Shown here: one piece after another, positions 1-10,222 of the stretch
Layout: the number at the start of each line of letters is the position of its first letter
Position numbering within the stretch: the first letter of the stretch is position 1
DNA from: an uncultured Chloroflexia bacterium
GTDB lineage: Bacteria > Chloroflexota > Limnocylindria > QHBO01
Reading direction: 5' to 3'
DNA: 64,000 bases
Assembly: GCA_963825525.1 (NCBI GenBank)
Contig: CAWGTN010000002.1
Coordinates: 576,001-640,000 of the forward strand
Program-made: the position numbers and the translations under genes
Notes under the pieces: model-generated
What the model saw: only the letters and a program-made list of their open reading frames with translations
Told to the model about the DNA's origin: nothing
The model's database searches: none

Positions 1-1
1 T

Positions 2-334
2 GTCCTGGAATCGTCGGAGCCGTTCGACCGCCTGCCACTCATCCTTGCCCGGGTCGAGCTCGACTACCGATCGCCGATCATGTTCGGCGAGGAGGTCGTG
101 GTCGACACCCGGGTGGAGCGCATCGGCCGCACGAGCATCCAGATGGCACACCGCATGACGACCGCAGCGACGGCACGGCTGGTCGGCGACGTGCAGAGCG
201 TGCTGGTGACCTACGACTACGCGTCCGCATCGCCGATGCCGGTGCCGGATGACTGGCGACGACGTTTCGGCGACCATGAGGGCAGATCCTTCGAGTCCGA
301 TGCGCCACGGCCCGACCGGGCCGCGGCCAGCTGA
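2..334 (+). CDS. Acyl-CoA thioesterase (hotdog/4HBT family), 5'-truncated by the window edge
   Basis: Frame open from base 2: LPLILARVELDYRSPIMFGEEVVVDTRVERIGRTSIQM..VLVTYDY...PMPVPDDWR, a typical YbgC/FadM-like pattern. Confidence 0.85.
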   Translation, partial: VLESSEPFDRLPLILARVELDYRSPIMFGEEVVVDTRVERIGRTSIQMAHRMTTAATARLVGDVQSVLVTYDYASASPMPVPDDWRRRFGDHEGRSFESDAPRPDRAAAS

Positions 335-347
335 GCACAGGAGACCC

Positions 348-1766
348 ATGGCAGAACAGCAACGCTTCGATCTCCTCATCCTGGGCGGGGGCATGAGCTA
401 CGTCGGCGCCATTCGGGCGGCCCAGCTCGGCCTGAACGTCGGGATCATCGAGCGGGATCGCCTGGGTGGGACATGCCTCAACCGCGGCTGCATCCCATCG
501 AAGGCTCTCCTGGAGACCGCCGACCTGCTTCACCGGGTCACGGAACAGGGAGCCGAGTTCGGCCTGTCCGGGCACGACGGCATCGGTCTCGACTACGGCG
601 CGCTCGGGAAGCGACGGGACGCGGTGATCGACAAGCATGTCGGCGGCGTCGAGTTCCTCATGAAGAAGAACAAGGTGACCGTTCTGCGGGGCACGGGCGT
701 GCTCACCGGCCCGACCAGCGTGCGTGTCACCGGTGGCGAGTCCGGCGACATCGAGGCCTCGGCGGACAATCTCATGCTGGCCACCGGCTCGGTCCCCCGA
801 GCTCTCCCCGGGCTCGAGCCCGACGGCCACCGCATCATCACCAGCGACGAGGCCCTGACGCGAAATGACGTCCCCGGCCGGGTGGCCATCGTCGGCGCCG
901 GAGCCATCGGCGTCGAGTGGGCGAGCATGTACCGCGACTTCGGTGCCGAGGTCACGCTCATCGAGTACGCCGATCGGGTCGTGCCGCTCGAGGACGCCGA
1001 GGTCGGCAAGGAGCTTGCGCGCGTCTTCAAGAAGCGTGGCATCGCCATCCACGTCGCCAGCAGCATCGACGCCGAGACGATCAAGAAGAGCGACACCGAG
1101 GTCAGCTTCCAGGTCGCCACGAAGGACGGCTCCAAGCGGACCGACCTGTCCGCAGACGTGATCCTGGTGGCCGTCGGCCGCCGCCCGGTCACCGAGGAGA
1201 TCGGCCTCGACGCGATCGAGGGTGTCGAGCTCGAGCGCGGCTACGTCATCGTCGACGAGTACATGCGCACCGGGGCCGAACATCTCTACGCCATCGGCGA
1301 CATCGTTCCCGGCTTCGCACTCGCCCACGTCGCCAGCCACGAGGCGGTGGTCGCCGTGGAGCACATGGCAGGCCACGACCCGGAGCCCGTGCGCATGCAC
1401 CTCATGCCGCGCGTCACGTTCTGCCGGCCGCAGATCGCCTCGGTCGGGATGAGCGAGGAGGAGGCGAAGGCCGCCGGCCACGAGATCAAGATCGGGGCGT
1501 TCCCGTTCCGTGCGCTCGGCAAGGCCACGATCGTCGGTGAGGTCGACGGCTTCGCGAAATTCGTCGCCGATGCCGAGACCGGGCTCCTGCTGGGCGCCCA
1601 CATCATCGGGCCCCACGCCGGCGATCTCCTGGCCGAGCCGACGCTGGCCCTGCTGGTCGAGGGAACGGCCGCGGAGATCGCGATGAGCGTCCATGCTCAC
1701 CCGACCCTCACCGAAGTGCTCGCCGAGGCCGCGCTGGCGGTCGATGGCGCGGCAATCCACGTCTAG
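348..1766 (+). CDS. lpdA: Dihydrolipoyl dehydrogenase (E3)
   Basis: GGTCLNRGCIPSK redox disulfide, GAGAIG NAD site, HAHPTLTE C-terminal motif; AGGAG upstream of ATG 348. Confidence 0.97.
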   Translation: MAEQQRFDLLILGGGMSYVGAIRAAQLGLNVGIIERDRLGGTCLNRGCIPSKALLETADLLHRVTEQGAEFGLSGHDGIGLDYGALGKRRDAVIDKHVGGVEFLMKKNKVTVLRGTGVLTGPTSVRVTGGESGDIEASADNLMLATGSVPRALPGLEPDGHRIITSDEALTRNDVPGRVAIVGAGAIGVEWASMYRDFGAEVTLIEYADRVVPLEDAEVGKELARVFKKRGIAIHVASSIDAETIKKSDTEVSFQVATKDGSKRTDLSADVILVAVGRRPVTEEIGLDAIEGVELERGYVIVDEYMRTGAEHLYAIGDIVPGFALAHVASHEAVVAVEHMAGHDPEPVRMHLMPRVTFCRPQIASVGMSEEEAKAAGHEIKIGAFPFRALGKATIVGEVDGFAKFVADAETGLLLGAHIIGPHAGDLLAEPTLALLVEGTAAEIAMSVHAHPTLTEVLAEAALAVDGAAIHV

Positions 1767-1778
1767 GAGGGCAGCGGA

Positions 1779-2841
1779 ATGGCCACGACCGATACCCGGC
1801 CGCGACACATCGAGCTCGGCCTCAGCGATGACGACGTCATCGGCATGTACCGCGACATGCTTCTCGCGCGAGCCGTCGACGAGCGGATGTGGCTCATGCA
1901 GCGCGCGGGCAAGATCGCCTTCATCATCTCGGGCCAGGGGCACGAGGGAGCGCAGGTGGCGACGTCGTGGGTGATGCGCAAGGGGCAGGACTGGATGGCG
2001 CCGTTCTATCGGTCCATCGCCAGCGCCATGACGTTCGGGATGAGCGCCGAGGACATCATCACCGCTCACCTCGCCAAGGCCGATGACGTGAGCTCGGGCG
2101 GGCGGCAGATGCCCGGCCACTACGGCGGCGCCCGGTACAACATCGTCTCCCTCAGCTCGCCGGTCGGGACCCAGGTGCTCCACGCGGTGGGGATCGCGAT
2201 GGGCGCGTGGGTGAAGGGCGACGACGTCGTGACCATGACCCAGTTCGGCGAGGGAACCTCGAACCAGGGCGAGATTCACGAAGCGATGAACTTCGCGGGC
2301 GTCCACAAGCTGCCGGTGATCTTCGTGTGCGAGAACAACGGCTACGCGATCAGCGTCCCGCTCGATCAGCAGGTGGCCGGCAGCTCGGTGGCGGCTCGTG
2401 CGGCCGGCTACGACATGCCCGGCGTGGTGGTGGACGGAGGGGACGTTCTCGCCTGCTACGCCGCCGCACGCGACGCTCACGAGCGTGCCCGCACCGGCCA
2501 GGGCCCCACCCTGATCGAGGCGCGCGTGGTCCGGCTTGACGAGCCACTCGTCGGACGACGACCAGCGCCGCTATCGAGATGCCGACGAGGTGGCCGGGCT
2601 CAAGGAGCGCGATCCCATCCCGTTGTTCGCGGACGAGCTGCGAGCGAGCGGGGTACTCACCGACGAGCTGGAGGAGACCATTCGCGCCGAGATCAAGTCG
2701 GAGGTCAACGAGGCCAACAAGCGCGCCGAGGCACGCCCGGAGCCGACGCCGGACGACGCCCATGAGCGCGTCTACGCCGAGACGATTCCCGGTGGCGGCA
2801 CCGCTCAGCCGCTCGCTCCACTCGGCGACGGGGGGCACTGA
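1779..2841 (+). CDS. bkdAA: Branched-chain 2-oxoacid dehydrogenase E1 alpha (one +1 frameshift near 2536, probably a sequencing error)
   Basis: GQGHEGAQ, GGRQMPGH, TPP motif FGEGTSNQGEIHEAMN..ENNGYAIS; removing one T at ~2536 restores RLTSHSSDDDQRRYR and joins ORF 2536..2841; gene order as in Bacillus lpdV-bkdAA-bkdAB-bkdB. Confidence 0.9.
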
Positions 2842-2842
2842 C

Positions 2843-3829
2843 ATGGCAGAGCTCAACATCCTCGAGGCGATCCGGCAGGCCATGGACGAGGAGATGGACC
2901 GCGACGAGCGGGTCATGGTCCTGGGCGAGGACGTCGGGAAGAAGGGCGGTGTGTTCGGTGCCACCGAGGGCCTGTATGCGAAGTACGGCGAGAAGCGCGT
3001 CCTCGACACACCACTCACCGAGGGAATGATCGCCGGTGCGGCCATGGGCGCCGCGGTCTACGGCCTTCGCCCCGTGGCCGAGATGCAGTTCGCGGACTTC
3101 GTGTACCCGGCCTTCAACCAGATCGTCTCCGAGATCAGCCGCATCCACTACCGATCGAACGGCACCTTCAGCGCCCCGATGGTGATTCGGATGCCGTACG
3201 GCGGCGGCGTTCACGGCGCGCTCTACCACTCGCAGTCGAACGAGGGCTATTTCACGCACACCGTCGGCCTCAAGGTCGTGGCGCCCGGGACGCCGGCCGA
3301 CGCCAAGGGCCTCTTGAAGTCCTCGATCCGCGACCCCGATCCGGTGATGTTCTTCGAGCACAAGAAGACGTATCGGCTGTTCAAGGGGGAGGTTCCGGAT
3401 GGCGACATCGTCGTGCCCATCGGCAAGGCAGACGTCGCCCGCAAGGGCAAGCACCTCTCGATCTTCTGTTACGGGTTCATGCGGACGTGTGCCCTCGAGG
3501 CAGCTGAGACCCTGGCCCGCGAGGATGGGGTCGAGGCGGAGATCGTCGACCTGAGAACGCTCAGGCCGCTCGACATGGAGACGGTGCTGGCATCGGTGGC
3601 CAAGACGGGCAAGGCCCTCGTCGTGCACGAGGCGAACCGGTTCGGTGGCTTCGGCGCCGAGATCGCGGCGGAGATCAGCGAGCGCGCATTCGAGCAGCTC
3701 GACGGCCCCGTTACCCGGCTGGCCGGGCCGGAGGTTCCGGGCGTTCCCTACCACCACGCACTGGAAGACTGGTACATGATCGGTCCGGCGCGGATCGTCG
3801 ATGCCGCGCGCAAGCTCGCAGCCTACTGA
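2843..3829 (+). CDS. bkdAB: Branched-chain 2-oxoacid dehydrogenase E1 beta
   Basis: MAELNILEAIRQAM..GEDVGKKGGVFGAT..DTPLTE..EMQFADF..GALYHSQS..FFEHKK. Confidence 0.93.
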   Translation: MAELNILEAIRQAMDEEMDRDERVMVLGEDVGKKGGVFGATEGLYAKYGEKRVLDTPLTEGMIAGAAMGAAVYGLRPVAEMQFADFVYPAFNQIVSEISRIHYRSNGTFSAPMVIRMPYGGGVHGALYHSQSNEGYFTHTVGLKVVAPGTPADAKGLLKSSIRDPDPVMFFEHKKTYRLFKGEVPDGDIVVPIGKADVARKGKHLSIFCYGFMRTCALEAAETLAREDGVEAEIVDLRTLRPLDMETVLASVAKTGKALVVHEANRFGGFGAEIAAEISERAFEQLDGPVTRLAGPEVPGVPYHHALEDWYMIGPARIVDAARKLAAY

Positions 3830-3895
3830 CCGATCGATCACAATCTGATCCACACCACGACGTAGCGAACCAGACCAGAGGAAGGCTTCCAACCG

Positions 3896-5383
3896 ATGGC
3901 AACCACGATCAAGATGCCGCAGCTGGGCGAATCGGTCACCGAGGGTACGATCGAGCGCTGGCTCGTCGCCGAGGGCGACACCGTCGAGCAGTACGACCCG
4001 CTGTTCGAGGTCGTCACGGACAAGGTCAACGCCGAGGTGCCGGCCGAAGTGGCGGGCAAGATCGCCAAGATCCTCGTCCCCGATGGTGAGACGGTGGCCG
4101 TGGGAACGCCCGTGGCCGAGATCGAGGAAGCCGGCGCCGAGGCGTCCGCCGATGCCGCAGCGGCACCACCCGCCGAGGCCGCGGCGACCGCGTCGCCCGA
4201 GCCATCGAGCACCGAGGCCGAGACATCGCAGCCCGAGCCGCCGGCAGCGACCGAGGAACAGCCGGCCCAGGAGGCCACCGCTCCAGCGGCCACAGAGCCG
4301 GAAGCTCCGGCCCCGGCGTCCGAAGCTGCCCCGGCGAGCACCGAGCCGGCGGCTGCGGACGAGGACGCCGCAGGAAGCAACGGCGACGGCAATGCACGGA
4401 TGACACCGGCAGTGCGACGGCTGGTTCGCGAGCACGAGATCGACGTGGCTCGCCTCACCGGGACCGGCGCCGGCGGACGCGTGACGCGAGACGATGTGCT
4501 CCAGTTCATCAACTCCGGTGGCGCATCATCGGCACCGGCAGAGCAGGCTCCGGTGGCCGAGCCCGATGCCGCCAAGGCTCCGACTCCGGCCTCGGCTCCG
4601 CCCAGCCCGGCGCCCGCCGCCGCGGCGCCCGCGGCACCTGCGGCACCCCCGACGCCGGTCCCAACGGCGTCCGGTGGCGACACCGAGGTGCCGCTGTCCC
4701 AGATGCGCAAGGCCATCGCGCGGAGGATGACCCAGGTCAAGCAGACGGTCCCCCACGCCTACACGGTGGTGGAGGTCGACATGACCAATGCCGTGAAGTG
4801 GCGCGACGTGAACAACGCCGCGTTCAAGGCGCGCGAGGGTGCCTCGCTCTCATTCGTGGCTGTCGTCATCAAGGCAGTGACCGAGACGCTGCGCAAGCAT
4901 CCGACCCTCAACAGTCAGTTCGCCGACGATCGGATCATCCTCAAGCAGGCAATGAACATCGGCATCGCGGTGGCGGTCGACAACGGGCTCATCGTGCCGG
5001 TCATCGCCAACGCGGATCAGCTCTCGATCAGCGGCGTCAACGCCAGGATTCGAGACATCGCAGGCCGCGCCAAGGATGGAAAGCTTCGGCTCGACGAGCT
5101 CCAGGGCGGAACGTTCACCGTGAACAACACCGGCTGGTTCGGCTCCGTGAGCTCGATGCCGATCATCAATGCGCCCGAGGTCGCGATCCTGTCGATGGAG
5201 GCCATCGTCAAGCGACCGCGCGTGATCGAGGTCGATGGCCAGGACGTCATCGCCATCCGGCACATGATGAACATGACGTGCAGCTTCGATCACCGTGTCC
5301 TGGACGGCGCGCAGGTCGGCTACTTCATGGCCGATGTGCGCGAGGCGCTCGAGCAATGGGATACGAACACGCCGCTCGGTTGA
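3896..5383 (+). CDS. bkdB: Dihydrolipoamide acyltransferase (E2)
   Basis: Lipoyl domain EVVTDKVNAEVP, Ala/Pro linker, E3-binding TPAVRRL..GTGAGGRVTRDD, catalytic FDHRVLDG. Confidence 0.95.
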   Translation: MATTIKMPQLGESVTEGTIERWLVAEGDTVEQYDPLFEVVTDKVNAEVPAEVAGKIAKILVPDGETVAVGTPVAEIEEAGAEASADAAAAPPAEAAATASPEPSSTEAETSQPEPPAATEEQPAQEATAPAATEPEAPAPASEAAPASTEPAAADEDAAGSNGDGNARMTPAVRRLVREHEIDVARLTGTGAGGRVTRDDVLQFINSGGASSAPAEQAPVAEPDAAKAPTPASAPPSPAPAAAAPAAPAAPPTPVPTASGGDTEVPLSQMRKAIARRMTQVKQTVPHAYTVVEVDMTNAVKWRDVNNAAFKAREGASLSFVAVVIKAVTETLRKHPTLNSQFADDRIILKQAMNIGIAVAVDNGLIVPVIANADQLSISGVNARIRDIAGRAKDGKLRLDELQGGTFTVNNTGWFGSVSSMPIINAPEVAILSMEAIVKRPRVIEVDGQDVIAIRHMMNMTCSFDHRVLDGAQVGYFMADVREALEQWDTNTPLG

Positions 5384-5425
5384 CCCCGAATACCGGTCGG
5401 GCGCCTCATCCCGCGCGTCGAAGGA

Positions 5426-6565
5426 TCAGGCGGCGACCGGTCGCCGGGACTTCGTGATGCCCGGTATGGCGCCCAGGCGCCGCAGGCGACGGACGGCCGG
5501 CGTCCAGATCAGCGCCCCACCTGTCTGAAGCGCCACCCACAGCAGGATGAGCAGTCCCGGCGCGCCGAGGGTGGCGGCGGGCACCGCCCACACGATGGCG
5601 TTGCCGCTCAGGCCGATTCCGCCGAGATCGAGGGTCAGCTTCGCAGGATCGAACGCGATCTGGAGGCCGGTCACGACGGCCACACCACCCGTTCCGGGAA
5701 CGACGATCGGATCCGGCTGAGCGCTGCCGGTGGGAAGCGTCGGTCGCGACGCCCCGCCCCCCGAGCTGCCGCTCGGACCGCCGCTGCCCGGCCCGATCGG
5801 CCCCGAACCCGGTGCGACCGTGGTCGGGCGCGGGGTGGCCGAAGGTCGCGGGCTGCTGGTCCCGCCAACGGTCGGGCGAGGGGTGGATGTCGGAGCGGCC
5901 GTGCCCGAAGGCTGCGGGACGATGGATGGCAGCGGCGACCCGATGCTCGGAAGCGGGATCGTCGGCAACGGGATCCACGGGGTCGCGGTGGGAGCCGGCG
6001 TCGCGGTCGAGCCGGGCGTGGGGGCCGGTGTCACCGTTGGGGCCGGTGTCGGCGCGAGCAGGACGCGAACGGTCGGAGACGATCCGAGGAGCGGACCGGC
6101 GCCACTGCACCCCTGGAGCGGGTACGCGCTCGCCTGCCAGGTGGCCTGCCCTGCCGAGAGCGCCTCGGCCCGAACCGTGAACGACGTGCTCAGGGGCCGA
6201 AGCAGGCCGCCGATGCCGCCGGAGCTGCTGACGCGGACCTGGTTCCCGGCCGATCCGCTGCTCGACCATCCGCCGCCGGCAGTCACCGACAGCACGTCGA
6301 AGCTGACGGGAACATCGATGACGATGCACTTGATCGGCCCCAGCGGGTCCGTGGTCGCGTTCAGCGTGAAGTTGGTCACTGTGCCGGCCGTCACGGTCGT
6401 CGGGCTCACTGAGAGTGTCCAGTACAGCAGTGCCGCGCGAGCTGTCCCGGCCCCCGACACCGCGAGAGTCGCCAGAAGGGCGGCAACGACCCAGGCGCGC
6501 GCGCGGCGCGAAACCGGTGCGGGATCGCGCCGGCGGGGATCGCCTGTTCGGTGAGCGAGCGACAT
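5426..6565 (-). CDS. Secreted/membrane-anchored Pro/Thr-rich protein with an N-terminal beta-rich domain and a C-terminal hydrophobic anchor
   Basis: Signal peptide (RRARAWVVAALLATLAVSGAGTARA), PT-rich linker, C-terminal WAVPAATLGAPGLLILLWVALQTGGALIWTPAVRRLRR. Confidence 0.7.
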   Translation of the reverse strand: MSLAHRTGDPRRRDPAPVSRRARAWVVAALLATLAVSGAGTARAALLYWTLSVSPTTVTAGTVTNFTLNATTDPLGPIKCIVIDVPVSFDVLSVTAGGGWSSSGSAGNQVRVSSSGGIGGLLRPLSTSFTVRAEALSAGQATWQASAYPLQGCSGAGPLLGSSPTVRVLLAPTPAPTVTPAPTPGSTATPAPTATPWIPLPTIPLPSIGSPLPSIVPQPSGTAAPTSTPRPTVGGTSSPRPSATPRPTTVAPGSGPIGPGSGGPSGSSGGGASRPTLPTGSAQPDPIVVPGTGGVAVVTGLQIAFDPAKLTLDLGGIGLSGNAIVWAVPAATLGAPGLLILLWVALQTGGALIWTPAVRRLRRLGAIPGITKSRRPVAA

Positions 6566-6759
6566 TGGCGGGACAGTAGCCCGGGAACGTGCTCATCCGC
6601 CATGGGAGTTCCGGCCACGACGTACTGGGGCGCGTGCGCGCACCACTGCATCCCGAACCCGAGTGTTCGGTCCGGTGCAGTACCCCCGGGTACGTTGGTC
6701 CGCCTCCCGTGCTCAACGCAGGGCAGGCACACCGGGGCGCCCTTCGGTAGACTTTGGCA

Positions 6760-7815
6760 ATGGCCCTTGATGACCCGCGCCCCGACTTCTCGACCCTCGG
6801 TGAGCTGACCGTCGTGTCCGCGCCGGCCGGCGGGCATGCGACGCCATCCGACGTGATGTATCCCGGCGGCCCCCAGGTCGATGGCGGCCTCCTGGCGCCC
6901 GGGGACCCCATCCCCGAGAACGCCGGACCCGGCGGTCGACGCCCCGCATGGCTCAAGGTCCGGCTCGGCATGGGCAGCACGTACGCCGACACGAATCGCA
7001 TCCTGCGCGCCGAGTCGTTGAACACGGTCTGCGAGGAAGCTCGATGCCCGAACCAGGGCGAATGCTGGGCCCTCGGGACCGCCACCTTCATGATCCTGGG
7101 CAGTGTCTGCACGCGGAACTGCGGCTTCTGCGCCATCGACACCGGTCGGCCGCCGATCACCGACCTCGACGAGCCCCGTCGCGTCGCCGAGGCGACGCAT
7201 CAGATGGGCCTGAAGCACGTCGTCATCACCATGGTCGCGCGCGACGATCTCGCCGATGGCGGGGCGCAGATGGTGGCCGACACGATCACCGAGATCCGCC
7301 GATCGAATCCCGGGACGAGCACCGAGGTGCTCATCAGCGATCTCAACGGCCGTCCCGACGACATCCGGACCGTGGTCGAGGCCCGACCCGACATCCTCAA
7401 TCACAACGTCGAGACCGTGCCGCGGCTCCAGAAGGCCGTCCGCCGGCGAGCGCGCTGGGACCGATCGGTCTCGGTCCTGACCCACGGTCGAACGGTCGCT
7501 GCCGAGATCGGCTTCGAAGGCATGGTCACCAAGACGGGGATCATGCTGGGGCTCGGCGAGACCTGGGACGAGATCGTCGAGGCGATGTCGCTTCTGCGCG
7601 ACGCCGATGTCGACGTCCTGACCATCGGCCAATACCTCCGCCCCAGCCAGAAGCACCTGCCGCTCGTGAAGTACTACACCCCGGCCGAGTTCATGTCGCT
7701 GCGACGGATCGGGCTCGAGCTGGGCTTCAAGCACGTGCAGTCGGGGCCACTCGTCCGGTCCAGCTACCACGCCGCCGAGCAGGTCCCCGGGCGCGAGACC
7801 GCCGCGGCGAGTTGA
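6760..7815 (+). CDS. lipA: Lipoyl synthase
   Basis: CEEARCPNQGEC and CTRNCGFC cluster motifs, NHNVETV, GQYLRPS, GPLVRSSYHA; TAGACT -10 six nt before ATG 6760. Confidence 0.97.
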   Translation: MALDDPRPDFSTLGELTVVSAPAGGHATPSDVMYPGGPQVDGGLLAPGDPIPENAGPGGRRPAWLKVRLGMGSTYADTNRILRAESLNTVCEEARCPNQGECWALGTATFMILGSVCTRNCGFCAIDTGRPPITDLDEPRRVAEATHQMGLKHVVITMVARDDLADGGAQMVADTITEIRRSNPGTSTEVLISDLNGRPDDIRTVVEARPDILNHNVETVPRLQKAVRRRARWDRSVSVLTHGRTVAAEIGFEGMVTKTGIMLGLGETWDEIVEAMSLLRDADVDVLTIGQYLRPSQKHLPLVKYYTPAEFMSLRRIGLELGFKHVQSGPLVRSSYHAAEQVPGRETAAAS

Positions 7816-7833
7816 GCCGACCGGCCGGTCTCC

Positions 7834-7964
7834 GCCAGATTCAGATGACCTGCGCACCCACGTCACAATTCCCCCAGGCTCGTGCCACCCTGCCGTGCAA
7901 ACCCAGCAGGTGGCATGAATTCGCCCGAAACGCGGGCCGCGTGCGCGCCTGACATGAATCTGGC
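7834..7964. repeat. 131-bp intergenic element, family B, copy 1 (ends GCCAGATTCA...TGAATCTGGC)
   Basis: Perfect 10-bp terminal inverted repeat; same length as 14477..14607 and aligns to it without gaps. Confidence 0.75.
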
Positions 7965-7973
7965 AAGGACCCC

Positions 7974-8792
7974 ATGAGCCCCGAGACCCCCTTCCGAGAC
8001 ATCAGCTCGCCTTCCGATCAGCGCCCGAGTCGTCCTGCGCGTCCCGATCGACAGGCCCCGCACCGGCCGGCAGCCGACGAATATCCACTGCTCGTCGCAC
8101 ACGGCGGAGTGCTCACCGTGGAGCATCTCGGCACCGTCGCGTATCGGCCGGCATGGGAGCTCCAGGACGAGCTTGCCGACCAGCGCCGCGGGAGGCGCAT
8201 CGGCGATCGGCTGCTCCTGCTCGAGCACTTCCCGGTGTATACCATCGGCCGAGGGGGTGACCCGTCGAACATGCTCGCCAGCGCCGAGCGGCTTCACGAG
8301 CTGAAGACGGAGCTGATCCGCATCGACCGCGGGGGTGACATCACGTATCACGGGCCGGGACAGCTGGTCGCCTACCCGATCGTCGAACTGAAGGACCCGC
8401 TCGACCTGCGACGCTACGTCCGGATTCTCGAGGCGTCCATCATCGCCACCGCGGCCGCCTTTGGCGTTCGGAGCGACAGGCTGGATGGCTACCCGGGCAT
8501 CTGGGTCGACGGTCAGCGCAAGCTCGCGGCCATCGGGGTACGGGTCAAACGGGGCGTAACGACCCACGGCCTGGCGCTGAACGTGAACACCGACCTGCGC
8601 TGGTTCGACGAGATGATCCCGTGCGGGATCCCCGGCAAGGGCGTCACGTCCCTGGCGCGCGAGCTCGGCGCACCGCAGCCGATGGACAGGGTCGCCGATG
8701 AGCTGGCCCGACAGCTCGCTGCCGGCTTCGGGCTGCGCCCGAGCGAGGGAGCGGACGGCGTCATCGGACCTGCGGGCGTCCGCGAGCAGTGA
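7974..8792 (+). CDS. lipB: Octanoyltransferase
   Basis: LLLLEHFPVYTIGR, IDRGGDITYHGPGQLVAYP, KLAAIG, HGLALN, IPCG. Confidence 0.96.
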   Translation: MSPETPFRDISSPSDQRPSRPARPDRQAPHRPAADEYPLLVAHGGVLTVEHLGTVAYRPAWELQDELADQRRGRRIGDRLLLLEHFPVYTIGRGGDPSNMLASAERLHELKTELIRIDRGGDITYHGPGQLVAYPIVELKDPLDLRRYVRILEASIIATAAAFGVRSDRLDGYPGIWVDGQRKLAAIGVRVKRGVTTHGLALNVNTDLRWFDEMIPCGIPGKGVTSLARELGAPQPMDRVADELARQLAAGFGLRPSEGADGVIGPAGVREQ

Positions 8793-9490
8793 CCGACGGA
8801 CCGATCATCGAGCGGGCGGGCGTCCCGGCCCAGGATCCCGATCACGGGGTCCGGCTGGAGGTCGGCGTCTTCGGGCCATGGCAGACGAACGCCTACCTGG
8901 TGTGGGACGGACGCTCCGCGGACGCCCTCGTCATCGATCCGGGGATGGGCGCCGCGCAACCGCTCCTCGAACGCGTCGCGGCCATCGGCCTGAATCTGCA
9001 CCTCATCGCCAACTCGCACGGGCACATCGACCACATCTTCGACAATGCACCGCTGATCGACGGCAGCGGCGCGCCGCTCGCCATCCACCCCGACGACGCG
9101 TATCGGCTCGACGGACGCAACGAGTATGGCTTTGAGATCGGAGCAAGTCGCGCGAGTCGCAACTTGGTCGAGGGCGAGCAGATCCGCATCGGCGACCTTG
9201 TGTTCGACGTCCTCCACACCCCCGGCCACACCGAGGGGTCGGTCTGCCTGTACGAGGAGCGGCGCGGCCTCCTCCTGTCCGGAGACGTCCTCTTTGCCGG
9301 CTCGTACGGACGCACCGATCTCCCGGGCGGTGAAGATGCGGCCATGGTCACCTCGCTGCGGCGACTTGCCACCGACCTCCCGGGCCGCGCGCGAGTGCTT
9401 CCCGGCCATGGTCCTGAAACGACGATTGAGCGCGAGCTCCCCTGGATGCGACGCATCGCCGATGCTGGTCGCCTCCTGGCTCCTGGCTGA
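8789..9490 (+). CDS. MBL-fold metallo-hydrolase (glyoxalase II-like)
   Basis: HGHIDH, HTPGHT, SGDVLF, PGHG motifs; GTGA overlap with lipB. Confidence 0.9.
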   Translation: MTDGPIIERAGVPAQDPDHGVRLEVGVFGPWQTNAYLVWDGRSADALVIDPGMGAAQPLLERVAAIGLNLHLIANSHGHIDHIFDNAPLIDGSGAPLAIHPDDAYRLDGRNEYGFEIGASRASRNLVEGEQIRIGDLVFDVLHTPGHTEGSVCLYEERRGLLLSGDVLFAGSYGRTDLPGGEDAAMVTSLRRLATDLPGRARVLPGHGPETTIERELPWMRRIADAGRLLAPG

Positions 9491-9508
9491 AACCGAAGGA
9501 GAACACCA

Positions 9509-10219
9509 ATGGCGAACCTGCGCATCACCCGCCTTGGGCACGGCGGCGTGCTCTACCGCTCGCCCGAGGACGCCTGGGTCTGGGTCGACCGCTGGACCGG
9601 GGCACCGAACTACGCCGATGCGTATCGCACCGCGGAGCAGGTCAACGTGGTCGCGCCGACGCACTGTCACTTCGATCACGTTGGGGATGACTGCGTCGAC
9701 CTCGTGGAGCTGGCCAGCGTCGACGGCGCGACGACCCTGGGCTCGCACGAGATGCAGATCTGGCTGGGCGCACGTGGGATCGAGTCGATCGGCATGAACA
9801 AGGGTGGAACCGTCGAGGCCGCCGGCATCCGGTTCACCATGGTCCACGCTGATCACACCGGCGGGGCGACGCTGGGCACCGGCTCGGACCAGGTCACCCG
9901 TGACCTCGGTTGCTGGGGCTGGGTCATCGAGTTCGAGGACGGCACCACCGTCTATCACTCGGGCGACACCGACCTCTTCGGCGACATGGCGCTCATTCGA
10001 CGCCGCCACAATCCGGACGTCGCCGTCCTGCCGATCGGTGGCCACTACACCATGGGCCCGCGCGATGCGGGCATGGCGCTCGAGCTCATCGGCGCCCCAA
10101 CCGTGATCCCCGTCCACTACGGCACGTTCCCCATCCTGGCCGGCACGCCGGAGGAGCTGCGCGAGCACACAGGAGCCGAGGTCGTGGCGCTCGAACCGGG
10201 AGAGACCTGGGGCGACTGA
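9509..10219 (+). CDS. Metal-dependent hydrolase (MBL fold, UPF0173-like)
   Basis: LGHGG, THCHFDH, YHSGDT, LPIGGHYTMGP, IPVHYGTFP; AAGGAG RBS. Confidence 0.88.
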   Translation: MANLRITRLGHGGVLYRSPEDAWVWVDRWTGAPNYADAYRTAEQVNVVAPTHCHFDHVGDDCVDLVELASVDGATTLGSHEMQIWLGARGIESIGMNKGGTVEAAGIRFTMVHADHTGGATLGTGSDQVTRDLGCWGWVIEFEDGTTVYHSGDTDLFGDMALIRRRHNPDVAVLPIGGHYTMGPRDAGMALELIGAPTVIPVHYGTFPILAGTPEELREHTGAEVVALEPGETWGD

Positions 10220-10222
10220 CGG

